Part shown: positions 12,172 through 24,560 of the stretch, one piece after another | Numbering within the stretch: position 1 is the first letter of the stretch | How the letters are laid out: each line of letters begins with the position of its first letter | Source: the human T2T-CHM13v2.0 reference genome, Homo sapiens | Assembly: GCF_009914755.1 (NCBI RefSeq) | Contig: NC_060929.1 | Reading direction: 5' to 3' (one strand) | Length of the DNA: 64,000 bases | Notes under the pieces: generated by a model | The model's database searches: none | What the model was told of the DNA's origin: nothing | What the model saw: the letters and a program-made list of their open reading frames with translations, nothing else | Translations under genes and position numbers: made by a program

Positions 12172-12434
12172 AGTACTGTACAAACAGAAATATTTGACCC
12201 TATGTCTTATCTTGTATTTGAGACTAACAATCCCATCCATTCTTCCATAGGTTGAGATGTTTCCCAAAATGCCTCACAAATATTCTGGGATGTCACCTTT
12301 TGCAATGGATCTGCAGGTTCCATCGTGCCCTAGCTTTTTGCCTGAGGGGAGGCTCTGGCCATGGGTCCCTTTTCAGGTCAGCAAGAGTGCCGTGCAGAGC
12401 AGGAGCCCCATCCAATGCTCTACAGGTATACCAT

Positions 12435-12753
12435 CCAATACTGTCCAATATTGTAGCCATATGTGACTAATGAGCACTTGAAGTGTAGCTAGACTGAGAT
12501 GTGCTGGAAGCACACAAAACACAACTCATTGTACAGGCTTATACAGTACTAGTCTTCGAGAGAATGTAAAATATCTCACTAATAATTTTATATTAATTAT
12601 GTGTTGAATTGATAAAATTTGGATGTACTGGATTAAATAAAATACCTTATCAAAGTTAATTTCACCTTCTTCTCTTTATTTTTTTTTAATGTGGCTACTA
12701 AAACTTTTAAAATTACATAGGTGACCCATTATATTTCTAGGGGACAGCACTGC
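12435..12753 (+). mobile_element. MER33-like hAT-Charlie DNA transposon
   Basis: ctgtccaata...gagcacttgaagtgtagctag...aatgtggctactaaaac...ggacagcactg terminal inverted repeat. Confidence 0.75.
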
Positions 12754-13124
12754 TGTAGAGAAAAGTGTTCTGGGTTGAACGTGTAGTTTGAGAAATGCTG
12801 CTTAGTTACCCCTTCCCGGAGAATGACAGGGCACAGGAGCACATTCAAGGCTCTGAGAAGATCTGCAGTAAAGGAACCTGTTTAACCCTGGGGCATGATC
12901 AGGATTGCAATGGACAAATAGAAATATTTAATTGGATCTTCTATGACCAGCTCCTGTTTGTCATTCAGCTCCCAGTTCCAATGTGTCTGTTCTCAGTGAG
13001 GCCTTTCCTGACTACTCTCTCTAAAATAACCCCCTCCCAACCAGTTACTCCCCATCACGTCATTTTGCTTTATTTTCCTTTATTTTCTTTCATATTTTTT
13101 TCTCCTTGGCTGGAATTAATCCTG

Positions 13125-13510
13125 GGTATCTATCAGGGTTCTCATAGGAAACAAGTGACACTCAAAATAGATGACTTGAGACGTTTAAAAAGGGCTGTTT
13201 ATAAAGGTGGGGAGGAGTTTAGGGAAGCAATAGAGATGCTATAGGATCCTGGCCTCAGCTGGGAGCTGACACCGCCCCGAGCTTGAAGGGGCAAGTGGAG
13301 GGGACAGTTATCAGTACCCAGAGAGGGAGGCTGGGTGGAGGGATGGCCAGGTGGAAGCCGGGGCCTCCGTAAGGGGACATGGTCAGCCTGTGGCCACCCC
13401 ACAGGGAGGGAGCTGGGGGAATGAATATACTAATCTTCTCCATCCCCAGCTCTGGACTCCTGCCAATCCTCCCTTGGCCAAGGCCTCCAGAAGTCAGAGA
13501 GCGAGGGAAC
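13125..13510 (-). mobile_element. LTR33-like ERVL LTR inserted in an L2 remnant
   Basis: gcttgaaggggcaagtggagggg...cagggagggagctgggggaatgaatatac; L2 pieces on both flanks. Confidence 0.65.
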
Positions 13511-14360
13511 ATATGAACTATCTATCCTGGTCTACTGTCAATCTCCTTCCACTGAAATATCAGCTCCACAAGGCTAGTGGTGTCATGGATTTGCTCACTG
13601 CTGTAGGTGCCTAGTGAATATTTGCTGGAAATGGAATACATGGGTGAGTACATAAATAGTTGCTTATGTTCGAAAGCCAAAGGCCTCAGGACACTGAGGT
13701 CCTAAGTGACACTTGTCCTAAGTGACAGAGCTAATCTGCCCCCCTTTTATTTTTTAGTAAATCTTTTTGATATTAGAGCCTAAATATACAAAACATACAA
13801 ACTATAAGGACATGCTTCCGTGAATTTTCACAAACTGAGTTCACCCAGGTACCTAGTACGCAGATCAAAGGAGAGACTGTTGCAGTGTCTGAGGCCCCAT
13901 GTCCCCTACCCAGGCATTACCCTCCCCACTATTCTCTCGGATTTACCCCCAAAAATTGGTTCTGTCTGGTTTTGAACTTTAATAGAATCATACAATATGT
14001 GTACTTCTGTGTTTAACTTCTTTTGCTCAACCTTAGTTTGTGAAATTCATCCGGGATGTTGTGTGAGGTTATACGTTATACGTTCTCATTGCTGTATATT
14101 ATTCAAATGTTTGAATATAACACAATTTATTTTTCCATTCTATTTTTGATGGGTATCATTAAATTTATTTCTAGATGTGTTCTTCCATTGATTTAAGTCT
14201 TTATTAATTTTTCTCATTAATGTTTGTATGTGTAGAGGTCCTACACATTACTTGTTAGATTTATTCCTATATGTTTTCAATGCAAATATAACATTATGCC
14301 AATAGTTGTTAGCTATTATGAATAGTGCTGTTAGGAATATTTTTGTATATGGCTTTTGAG

Positions 14361-14560
14361 GATATATGTGTGTGTGTCTGTGTGTGTATATGATATATAT
14401 ATATCATATACACACATGTATATATATCATGTGTATGTATCTCATATATGTATATGTGTATATATATCATATGTATATATATCATATACACACACAGACA
14501 CACACACATATCTTGGAGTGGAATTTCTGTGTCATAGAGTATATGTATATGTATATATTC
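14361..14560. repeat. TA/TG/CA low-complexity tract with perfect inverted repeats
   Basis: 36-bp perfect palindrome 14381-14416; 38-bp inverted repeat 14364-14401/14474-14511. Confidence 0.9.
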
Positions 14561-15038
14561 AACTTTAGTTGATATCACTAATTTTCCAAAGTGGTTGTCT
14601 GGTGATATACCTACTTCAGTGAATAGTATTATGGAGATTTTAAAAATTACAGCCATTTTGATGAGTGAGCATTGGAGTTGATATTTTCACTGTGGTTTTA
14701 ATTTGCATTCTCTGATGGCTAATGAGGTTGAGCACCTTTTTATATTGGCTATTAAGATATCTTCTTTTGAGAAGTGCTTAATTCACGTCTTTTGTTCATT
14801 TTTCTGTTGGGTCGTTTTCATTTTCTTATATATTGCATATGTGTGTATTAGCTGAAGGACTCAAATATAGAATATATAAAATTTCCTGCAAGACAATAAT
14901 ATATATTGACATATATATGACACATATATCTCTTCTTACTTTGATTTGTCTTTTCAGTCTCTGAATGCTGTTTATATAAATGTGAGTTTTTAATTTTAAT
15001 AGTTCCAGTTTATCAATTATTTCTTAAATGGTTAATGC

Positions 15039-15039
<1 letters not shown>

Positions 15040-15075
<36 letters not shown>
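15040..15075. repeat. (TG)18 microsatellite
   Basis: Direct. Confidence 0.97.
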
Positions 15076-15078
<3 letters not shown>

Positions 15079-17989
15079 GTGTCTAAGAAATCTTCGGTTG
15101 TAAAGATCTTCTCCTATATTTTCTTCTAGAAGGTTTATAATTATACTTTTTGCAGTTAGATCTGCATCTGGAATTGTGTGGTGTGAATCAGGGGTCAAAA
15201 TTTATTTTTTCCATATGGATATCTAATTGACTCAATATGATTATTAAGTCAGACCGTTGTTCTCTCCCTCCTCCACTGTACTTCAGTGGCACCTTTGTCA
15301 TAAATCAGGTGACTGCATAGTATGGGTCTTTTTTTTGACCTCAGTATTGTATTTCATGGATCTATTTTTATATCCTTTAGCTATTAACATACCGCGTTTG
15401 CAATAGGTCTTGTTATTTGATGGTTGAAGACTCCCAGCTTTGTTCTTTCTCTTCAGAATTGCTTTGGCATTTATGTCCTATTTCAGTATGAATTTAATAG
15501 TTGACTCATTAAGTTCCACAAAAAAAACCTTTCAGGATGTTGGTTTGAATTGCATTGAATCTATATTTAACTTTGAGTTAAATTGATATCTTTACAGTAT
15601 TGAGTCTTCTAATCCATGAATATGGTATGTTCCTTGATTTATTTAGATCTCCATTTATTTCACTAATGTTTGTTTTATGCTAATATAAACAATATTCTTT
15701 TAAAGTTTGTCAGTTTTTTGCATTTATATGGAAATACGATTGAGTTTTACATACAATTGACCTTCTTATCCAATGACCTTCCAAAATTCACTTATTAATG
15801 ATAATAGTTTTTCTTTAGGTCCTTTTGTATTTACTGTGAACAAAGTAATTTTTTTTTGCAAATAATGATTTTTTCCCCAAATTTTATATCTTTTTATCCC
15901 CTCTTTCCTTTTATTTTTGCACTGGCTAGAAACTGTGGTTCAATATTTAATAGAAGTGGTGAAAACAGGCATTCTTGCTCATTCTCATTCTCAGGCAGAA
16001 AGCTTTCAATATTTGCCGTTAAGTATAATACTTTCTGTAGGGCTTTTTTTTTTTCTTAAACACTCTTTATGGGACTAAAGAGGTTCCCTTTTGTTCCTGT
16101 CTGCAGAGGGGATTTCAAGTTTTTTAAAATCATAAACGTGTGTTGAATTTTATCAAAAGCTATTTCTGTGTCTACTGAGATGGTCAGATGATTTTCTTTT
16201 TATTCTGTTAATGTAAATTATAGTAATTTTAAAATATGAAGCCAACCTTTCATTCTGGGAACAAATGCAACTTTCTCATTCTTCATTATTATTTTTATAT
16301 TTTACTAAATCCAATTTGCTAGTTTGGTATTTTTGCATCTCTGTTCATAGGACTGATTGGCCCATAATTTTGCTTTATGTCAAGGTCAGTTTTTGATGTC
16401 AAGATTACAATGGCCTAATTAAACAAAATAGAAAATATTTTTTCTAGTCTACGCAAATGTTTATATAAGTTTGGTGTGATTTCTTCCATAAATATTTGGA
16501 GAAATTCATTTGTAATTTATTTGGAGGAAAGCCATCTATGTCTAGAGATTTCTTTGTTATCTTCAGCTTTAATATCTCTAATAGAAATAGGACTATTTCA
16601 GATTTTCTATTTCTTCTTACATCAGCTTTTGTTAATTTTGTTTTTCTAAGGATTTTCCATTTTATCTAAAATTTTTAATTTATTAACATTCAATTGTTAA
16701 TAGTAAGTTGTAACTATATTTTTAACATGTGCAGGATATGGAATGATGTTTTCTTTTTCATCAAAACTGGTAATTTTTGTCTCCTCTATTACTTTGCTAT
16801 TACTTTGTTATAAGACTTCCCAGAAAGCTAACATTTATTTTACTTTTATGAGTGCCAACTTTTGGACATATTGATTTTCTATCTTGAATGTCTGTTTTGT
16901 ATTTTATTAATTTGTGCTACTAGTTTTTTTTCTTTTTTCTGGTTTCCTTAGACATAATTTTCTATTCTTTTTTTTGACATAGATAACTAGCTTACTGATT
17001 TACATATTTTTTCTTTTAAATTTATGTATTTAAGGCTATAATTTCTCTCTAAGCAGAGGTTTAACCACATCCTCCATATTTTGATATGTCATATTTTCAT
17101 TATCATTTAGTTAATGATATTTTCCAGTTTCCACTGAAATTTTTTCTTTGACCCATTTAAAAATATATTGCTTAATTTCCAAGTATTTGAAGAATTCCTA
17201 CTTATTTTGTTATTGATTTCCAACTTAATTCTTCCATGGTCAGAGAACATATTTTGTATGATTTCAATCCTTTGAAGTTTGTTGAAACTTCGTTTATGGC
17301 CAGCATAAACGTTCCATGTACACTTGAAAAAACAGTATACTTTTTTGGACACAGTGTTCTGTACATGTCAATATATCAAATTTGTTAATTGTGTTGTTTA
17401 GATCTTACATATTCTTACTGATTTTTTTCTTTCTTGTTATATATTTTATTGAGAAAAGTTTGTTAAAGTCTCTCATTATTATGAGTGTGGATTTGCCTAG
17501 ACTTTCTTATAATTCTGTCAACTTTTGTTTTTTATATTTTGAAGTTGTGTTTTTTACATACATATAAATTGAGAATTTCTTGGGGGATTAACGCTTTTAT
17601 TGTTATGAAACTTGAAACTTTTGATCTTAATCAGGCTTTTTGCCTTAAGTCTATTTTGCTACCAGTATACCTATACCAGCTTTCTTTTGGATATTGTTTG
17701 CATGGTAAATCTTATATCATCTCTTAATTTTTAATTACTTTATATCCTTATATTTGAGGTGTATCTCTAGTAAACAGCATATAGTTAGATTTTGTTTTTT
17801 AATCTAGTTTGATAATTATAGATGTTTAATTGAACTATTTAATCGATTTACATTTAATGCGATTACTGATATATTTGGGTGTGTATCTACCATCATGCTA
17901 TTTGGCCAAACTACTGCATCATAAATGGAAATGAGTCAGTCCCTCCTTCCGGTCCCACTTTCTTCACTCTCCTCTATCTCGTTCCTTTT

Positions 17990-19205
17990 CCTGCCTCATT
18001 GGCTTCTTCTTACCTTAGTTTGTTTTTTTTTTCTTTTTTGCTGTGCCTCTCTCTTTTCCTGGACTTCTAAATATTGAAGTTTCCTCTCAGTCCTCACAAT
18101 TATTTCTTCTTCACTCACTCTTTAAGTGATCTCACCCCTTCTTAAGGATTTAAATAGGCTGCCAACTCCCAAGGTGATGGCTCCACCCTGGACCTCTTCC
18201 CAGAATTTCAGATACATATAGCCACCACCATACAGCGCCATTTTGGGAAGCCTACGTCCACAGGCATCTCAAACTAATGTTTCAAAAACAGAGGTCTTAG
18301 CATAGTGAGAGCTTCTGTGTTCTTCCTGAAGTCTTCCCCATCTCAAGAAGGAGCAACTCCGTTTTCCCACTCATCAGGCCAAAACTTTAAGGTCATTTTT
18401 GATTACTCTTTTTTACTCTTACAGCAACATCCAATCCATCAGGAAGACTTGTTTATGCTATCTTCAGAATATATTCGTAATATGACCACTTTCCACCACT
18501 TCCTTTGCTGTTGGCTTGAGCCTAGCCACTGCCATCTCTCACCTGCTGTATTGCAGTGGCTTCCTAACTGGCAACTTTGCCTCCAGTCTAGCTTCCGTGC
18601 AGCCTTTTTTCCACACAGCTGCTGAAATGTTCTTTAAAGGACATATGGCACAAGGCATCACTTCTATGCTCAACACAGAAATGGCTTTCTATCTCAATCA
18701 AAGTAAAGGCTGAAGTCTCTACAATGGCCTATGGAGCCCTGATTGATCTAGCTTTGTGCTACCTTTCTGATCTTAGCATCTGCCCATCCCCCATTCACCC
18801 TGCTTAAGCCAACTGCTCTCCTTGCGATTCCTCATAAACACCAAGCATACTGTCACCTCAGGGCCCTTGACCATGCTGTGCCTCCTCCTCCTTCATATCT
18901 TTGCATGACACACTCACTCACTTCCTTCAGGTGTCTGTTCTAATGTCCCAGTCTGAACCATCTTATATAAAATATCAAAGCTCCTTTCCTCCGTGGCTCT
19001 CGTCTGTTTTGCTCTGTGTGATTTTCCCCCAAAACCCTATCAACCCCTGGTATATTACATGCTCATTGATTGATTTATTTACACTGTTGCCCTTCAGCAT
19101 AAGCTCTGAGTCACATAAACTTTGTTTTATTCACTGATGTATCTCCAGAACCTAGGTCAATATCTGGCATATAGTTAGCCACCAATAAATATCTATTAAA
19201 TAAAC
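17990..19205 (+). mobile_element. L2 LINE, long 3' fragment
   Basis: caggcatctcaaact...ctcatcaggccaaaact...cacctcagggccctt...tattcactgatgtatctccagaacctagg...caataaatat. Confidence 0.8.
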
Positions 19206-20086
19206 AAAAGGCATTTTTACAGCAATCCTGTGATATTGACAGGGAAGGTGCTGTTTTCTGCTTCCTGAAGAGGAAGCCGAAACTCAGAGCCTTGACTGAT
19301 TTATAGAAACCACACATCTGTTAAGTGGCTTAGCTGGAAGTCAAACAAATCTTTTCAGCTCAGTTACGGGCTCATTTCACAGCTACACATTTCTCAGCCA
19401 TGGTGGATTCCACATTGATAGCCAATGATGACAAAAATTGTAAAGTGAGGATCAGGCAGACTCTGACATTTCTTTTGTTCCAGTTTCCACATAGATCAGC
19501 AATCCCTAAAAAGAAAAAAAAATTAAAGACCTTTCAATGTATGTGGTTTCTTCAGAGTTTGCTATGGTTAAAAAAACAAGTGGGATCTGAGTGAATGAGT
19601 TAGGAAGAGCTGAGCTTTGTGGTCAGGGATGCCCTCCCAGGGTTCTGGGAGGTGTCATCATATATAACAAATCAACAGGGAATATTTTTTTACCCCAATA
19701 TCAAATATGACCTTTTTAAGATTCTGAGATAAAAGAAAAATTTATACAGTCATTTAGAAAATATTTATTGGGTTACTTGTGATGTATCAGGAATACTGTG
19801 CTAAGCACTGGGAATAGAGTGCTGAGCAAAACAGACAGGGCCTTGCCCTCCTCTAGTGGAGAAAAATAAAGTCTAAGTGAGTTATCACTGGATGAATGAA
19901 TTTCAAAAGAACATGGCATTTGCTGTGGAAAGCACATTCAATAATTTCTCAGATTACTTCCTTGTTAAGATAAAGGACTTCTATTTAGAGGCCAGAATTA
20001 GGAAACCATATGGTATGTCAGGTTGGAGACATAGCTAGATATACACATGCGAAGTCACAGAAAAAGAAGGTTAGAAAAGGATATCA

Positions 20087-20389
<303 letters not shown>

Positions 20390-20464
20390 AGAAAAGGATA
20401 TCAGTGAGAGACATGCACAGTAACTGGTATTTGGCAGGTCTAGTTAAAAAAATCCAGGTGAACT

Positions 20465-21230
20465 ATCATCTTCTAGCTATCTAGAAAAATCCATCCTTCT
20501 TTCCTTGTGCTTGGGATATAAACTACATTTCTTAGCTTCCTTTGCAGTAAGATATGGTCATGTGCATGAGTTCTAACCAATAGAATGTGAGGGGAGGTGA
20601 TGAGTGCAACTTCAGGTCTGGACCTTAAAACCTCTTGTGAGAACTTTTTAATATGGCAGAACTGCCACTAGCCTGGCTCCCAGAATGACTGTATGGAGTA
20701 GAGTTGTTGCTGACCTGAATCCCTGCTACCCAGAAAGGCTTACATTTAGAAATTTGGAAGTTTTGAAATTCTTTTTAAAAATTCCATAGACTTTTTGGAG
20801 TCTATGAAAGAGACTCTTGGTATGCACTAAATACTATGAGCTCCTCTACATTTCCCAGCCTCCCTTGCAGTTAAGCTGGTCAGGTGACTCAGTTCGGGCA
20901 AATAGGTCGTGGGAAAAAAGACAGATGATACTTCAAAGCCTATGCCATAAAAGTCTCCTATGTAAAGCCATTTATTCTCTAGCCAGTTGGTACCAGGGCA
21001 AGTCTGAAGCCACAAGATGGCAGAGACACAATGTGAAGGGAGTCTGTGTCCCTGGATTAGTGCTTGGAGAAGAGCCACTTAGGAATACAACATCAGGCTT
21101 TTCATAAAGATAAATCAGTTTTTATTAGTTTTAGCTTCTGATATTTAAGGTTATTTCTAATGCAGTTAGCCCACCGTGACTAATACGAGGTCTATTTACT
21201 GCTGCATATTAGCCTACTTTAACTAATGCA
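20465..21230 (+). mobile_element. Two MLT1J/I-like LTRs, one nested in the other
   Basis: LTR 5' motif (ctacatttc..agc.tcc.ttgcagt) at ~20523 and ~20846; two successive 3' ends at ~21187 and ~21230. Confidence 0.6.
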
Positions 21231-22369
21231 CCGAGTGTTCAAATAGACCCAACACCAAAATTTGAGAGCATTAGCTCTGACACTGCACTGAACAGGTACC
21301 AGCCATTTTACAAGAACCAAGAGAGAAGAGGTGAGGCCTGTTTTGTTCTACAGTGTCCCCAGTGCCTAGCATGGCACCTAGCACTGTAGTAGGTGCTCAA
21401 ATGTGTATATTGAAATGATCATGACCAAATGTCCATTTTTCCTTTTTGACATAGAAAACCCCAAATCCAATTCTAAGTTTCACAATCTTAATTAGAATAA
21501 TTATAACATGTGACTTTTAAAGAAAGATGTAAAATCTTTGGAGTCAGATAATCCTTACTCTGTTTGCCACCTTAAAAGCATGTCATCTTCTGGACCTGAA
21601 GTCTGATTTGCCAAACAGAGGTGCTGCTTCCTGTGTTTCAGAGGCACGGTAAGGACTGCATGAGGTGATTAAGGTCCTGTAAAGAATCTAGCTCTGTCTC
21701 TGCCACCAAGATGGTTTTGATTAAATGTTTGTTTACTCATGGTACTGACAAAATGTATCATTAAATGCCTTGAGTAGACCCAGGATGACTAATGAAGGGC
21801 TTACATGATAGGTCCTATGAAGAAAGACCAAAAAGTTACTCAAGACATTCCACTAGCTTAGAGGAGGCTCATTCCACAGCAGCACATGAAAAGCAACACA
21901 TAAACAAACAACACTTGTTTTTAAGCATGTGAAAGGGTCCACCATTTATTTTACAAGAGGATAATGAGGGACAACCTGGAGCTGTGAAAAGAGATGGTTT
22001 TGGAGGCAAACCTAGGTTTGAATCTTGTTCATTTAATACTCAACCAGTCTTTATTAAGGGCTTCCTCTGTGCCAGCAACTGTTCTAGGCACCCAGGATCC
22101 AGGCTTGAAAAAGACAAAGGGTCTGCTCTCCTGATGCTTTCATTTTAGCGCAGGGGATCAACAATAAACAGCTAAACAAAGAAATAAATATGATCACATC
22201 TGTGCTATGAAGAAAAGTAACTAGCTTATTAACTGAGAATTTGTCCAAGTTATGTTTACCGCCATGAGCCTCATTTTTCCTCTGTAAAATAAGAAACAAG
22301 TCTCTGTTTTCCTTGTTGTAGATTAAAATGTTATATGTAGAGCACCTTACAGTTAATGAAGAGTCTCTT

Positions 22370-22802
<433 letters not shown>

Positions 22803-22991
22803 TTACTTGTGAAGATGGTAGCAGGAAAGTCTTTCTTGGGCAATGCATCTGTTGTGAATATTTCAGTAATAATTTATAGAAAATTTAAACTGACTAGAAC
22901 AATAAAAGGACCTTATTGGTTCATATTACTGATCAGTCCAGAGGTAGGGCTTACTTCAGGTATAGGTTGATCTAGCATCCGAAACCAACAA

Positions 22992-23126
22992 TCTCCTTTT
23001 CTTTCTCTCTTTCTTTCTCTCTCTCTCTCTTTCTTTCTTTCTCCCTTTCTTTCTTTCTTTCCTTCTTTCTTTTTCTTTCTTTCTTTCTCTTTCTTTCTTT
23101 CTTCTTTCTTCTTTCTTTCTTTCTTT

Positions 23127-23182
<56 letters not shown>

Positions 23183-23204
23183 TTCTTTTCTTTTCTTTCT
23201 TTCT
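22992..23204. repeat. (TTTC)n/(TC)n polypyrimidine tract
   Basis: About 210 nt of only C/T. Confidence 0.97.
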
Positions 23205-23225
23205 GTAACTCTCTTCATCCCTCAG

Positions 23226-23368
23226 TGTAGTAGTCAGTTTTGTGTTGCTATCATGTAATACCGGAGGCTGGGAAATTTATAAAGAAAAGGGGCTTATTTG
23301 GGGTTCTGTAGGCTGTACAAGAAGCGTGGCGCCAGCATCTGCTTCTGGTGATGGCCTCAGACTGCTTG
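23226..23368 (-). mobile_element. MST (MSTA/B) LTR 3' fragment
   Basis: tgtagtagtcagttttgtgttgct...aatttataaagaaaag...ggctgtacaagaagcgtggcgccagcatctgc. Confidence 0.8.
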
Positions 23369-23394
23369 CAAGGAATTTGCCCAAAAACCAGGAC

Positions 23395-23570
23395 TATCTC
23401 ACTAATTTCTTCATATTGAGTACATGCTAAAATTATAATATTCTGGAATATTGAGTTAAACAAAAATATAAAATTATTTTTGCTTGTTTCTTTATACCTT
23501 CTAATTTAACCAATATAAAGCTTAAAATTAAATATGGAGCTTGCATTATATTTCTGCTGGGCAGTGCTGC
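23395..23570 (+). mobile_element. MER33/MER3-like fragment
   Basis: tatctcactaat...ttgcattatatttctgctgggcagtgctg. Confidence 0.55.
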
Positions 23571-23694
23571 TTGAGGCAGAACGATTCTGGGATTGGTGAG
23601 GTGGGGGAGATATGAAGCGTCCTTGTGACAGGGAGAGTACCTTTGTTCTAGGTTCCTGCCCCCTTGTATTAGTCCAAGGCTCACACTCCATTTT

Positions 23695-24560
23695 ATCTTA
23701 TTTTAATATACAGTAAAATTCACTTTTTTGGTGTTTTATTACTTTTGACAAGTGCATAGAGATGTGTAACCATCACCACCGCCATCAAAATACAGAACTA
23801 TCCCGTCATCCACAAATAACTACCTTTGTATTAACCCTCCCCCCTGCCAGCAGCCACTAATCTGTTTTGCATCTCTATAGCTTTGCCTTCTCAAGAATGT
23901 CATATAAGTGGAATCACACTGTGTGTAACCTTCGAGTCTGGCTTCTTTCACTTAGCATAATGCATGGTAGATTCATCCATGTTGTGTGTGGCAGTAGTCC
24001 ATTGTTTTGTTGTTATACCATTGAGTAGTATTCCATTATTGGATGTACCATAGTTTGTTTATTTGCCAGCTGAAACACATTTGAGTCAAGGTTTCCCAGA
24101 GAAAGAGAACCAATAGGGAGAGAGAGAGAGAGAGAAATGTGGAACCACCACTATCACTCTCTCTGTAGAGAGAGAGTGTCTGACTTGGAAGAGCAAAAGT
24201 TTTTAAATGTGAGGAAGTCCAATGTATTATTTTTTTCTGCATGGATTGTGCTTTTGGTGTCAAATTTAAGGACTCTGCCCAATCCAAGATCCCAAAGATT
24301 TTTTCCTAGAATATCTTCTTGAAGTTTTATTGTTTTAGGTTTTGCATTTAGGTCTATGATTTATTTTAACTTTTGAACAGGTGTGAAGTAGGAGTCAAAT
24401 TTCTTATTTTCTTTTTTTGACACGTGAATGTTCAATTGTTTTAGTAACATTTGTTTAAAAAGATGATCTTTTCTTTAATAAATTCCCTTTGCATCTTTCT
24501 TACAAATCAATTGGCCGTATTTGCATAGGTCTATTTCCGGACTCTCTATTCCGTTCTACT
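23695..24560 (-). mobile_element. L1M 3' fragment with a small MLT2-like remnant at 24085-24135
   Basis: tggcttctttcacttagcataatg...agattcatccatgttgt; gtttcccagagaaagagaaccaatagg is MLT2-like. Confidence 0.75.

Larger units (their letters stand above)
13745..17880 (-). mobile_element. Old L1M (L1ME-like), 3' UTR plus decayed ORF2
   Basis: T-rich strand; antisense ORF 17107-17352 (NKLQRIEIIQNMFSDHGRIKLEINNK) is L1 ORF2 endonuclease-like. Confidence 0.85.

Noticed and set aside
22913-23218. K/E/R-rich ORF
   Set aside because: Translation of the (TTTC)n tract
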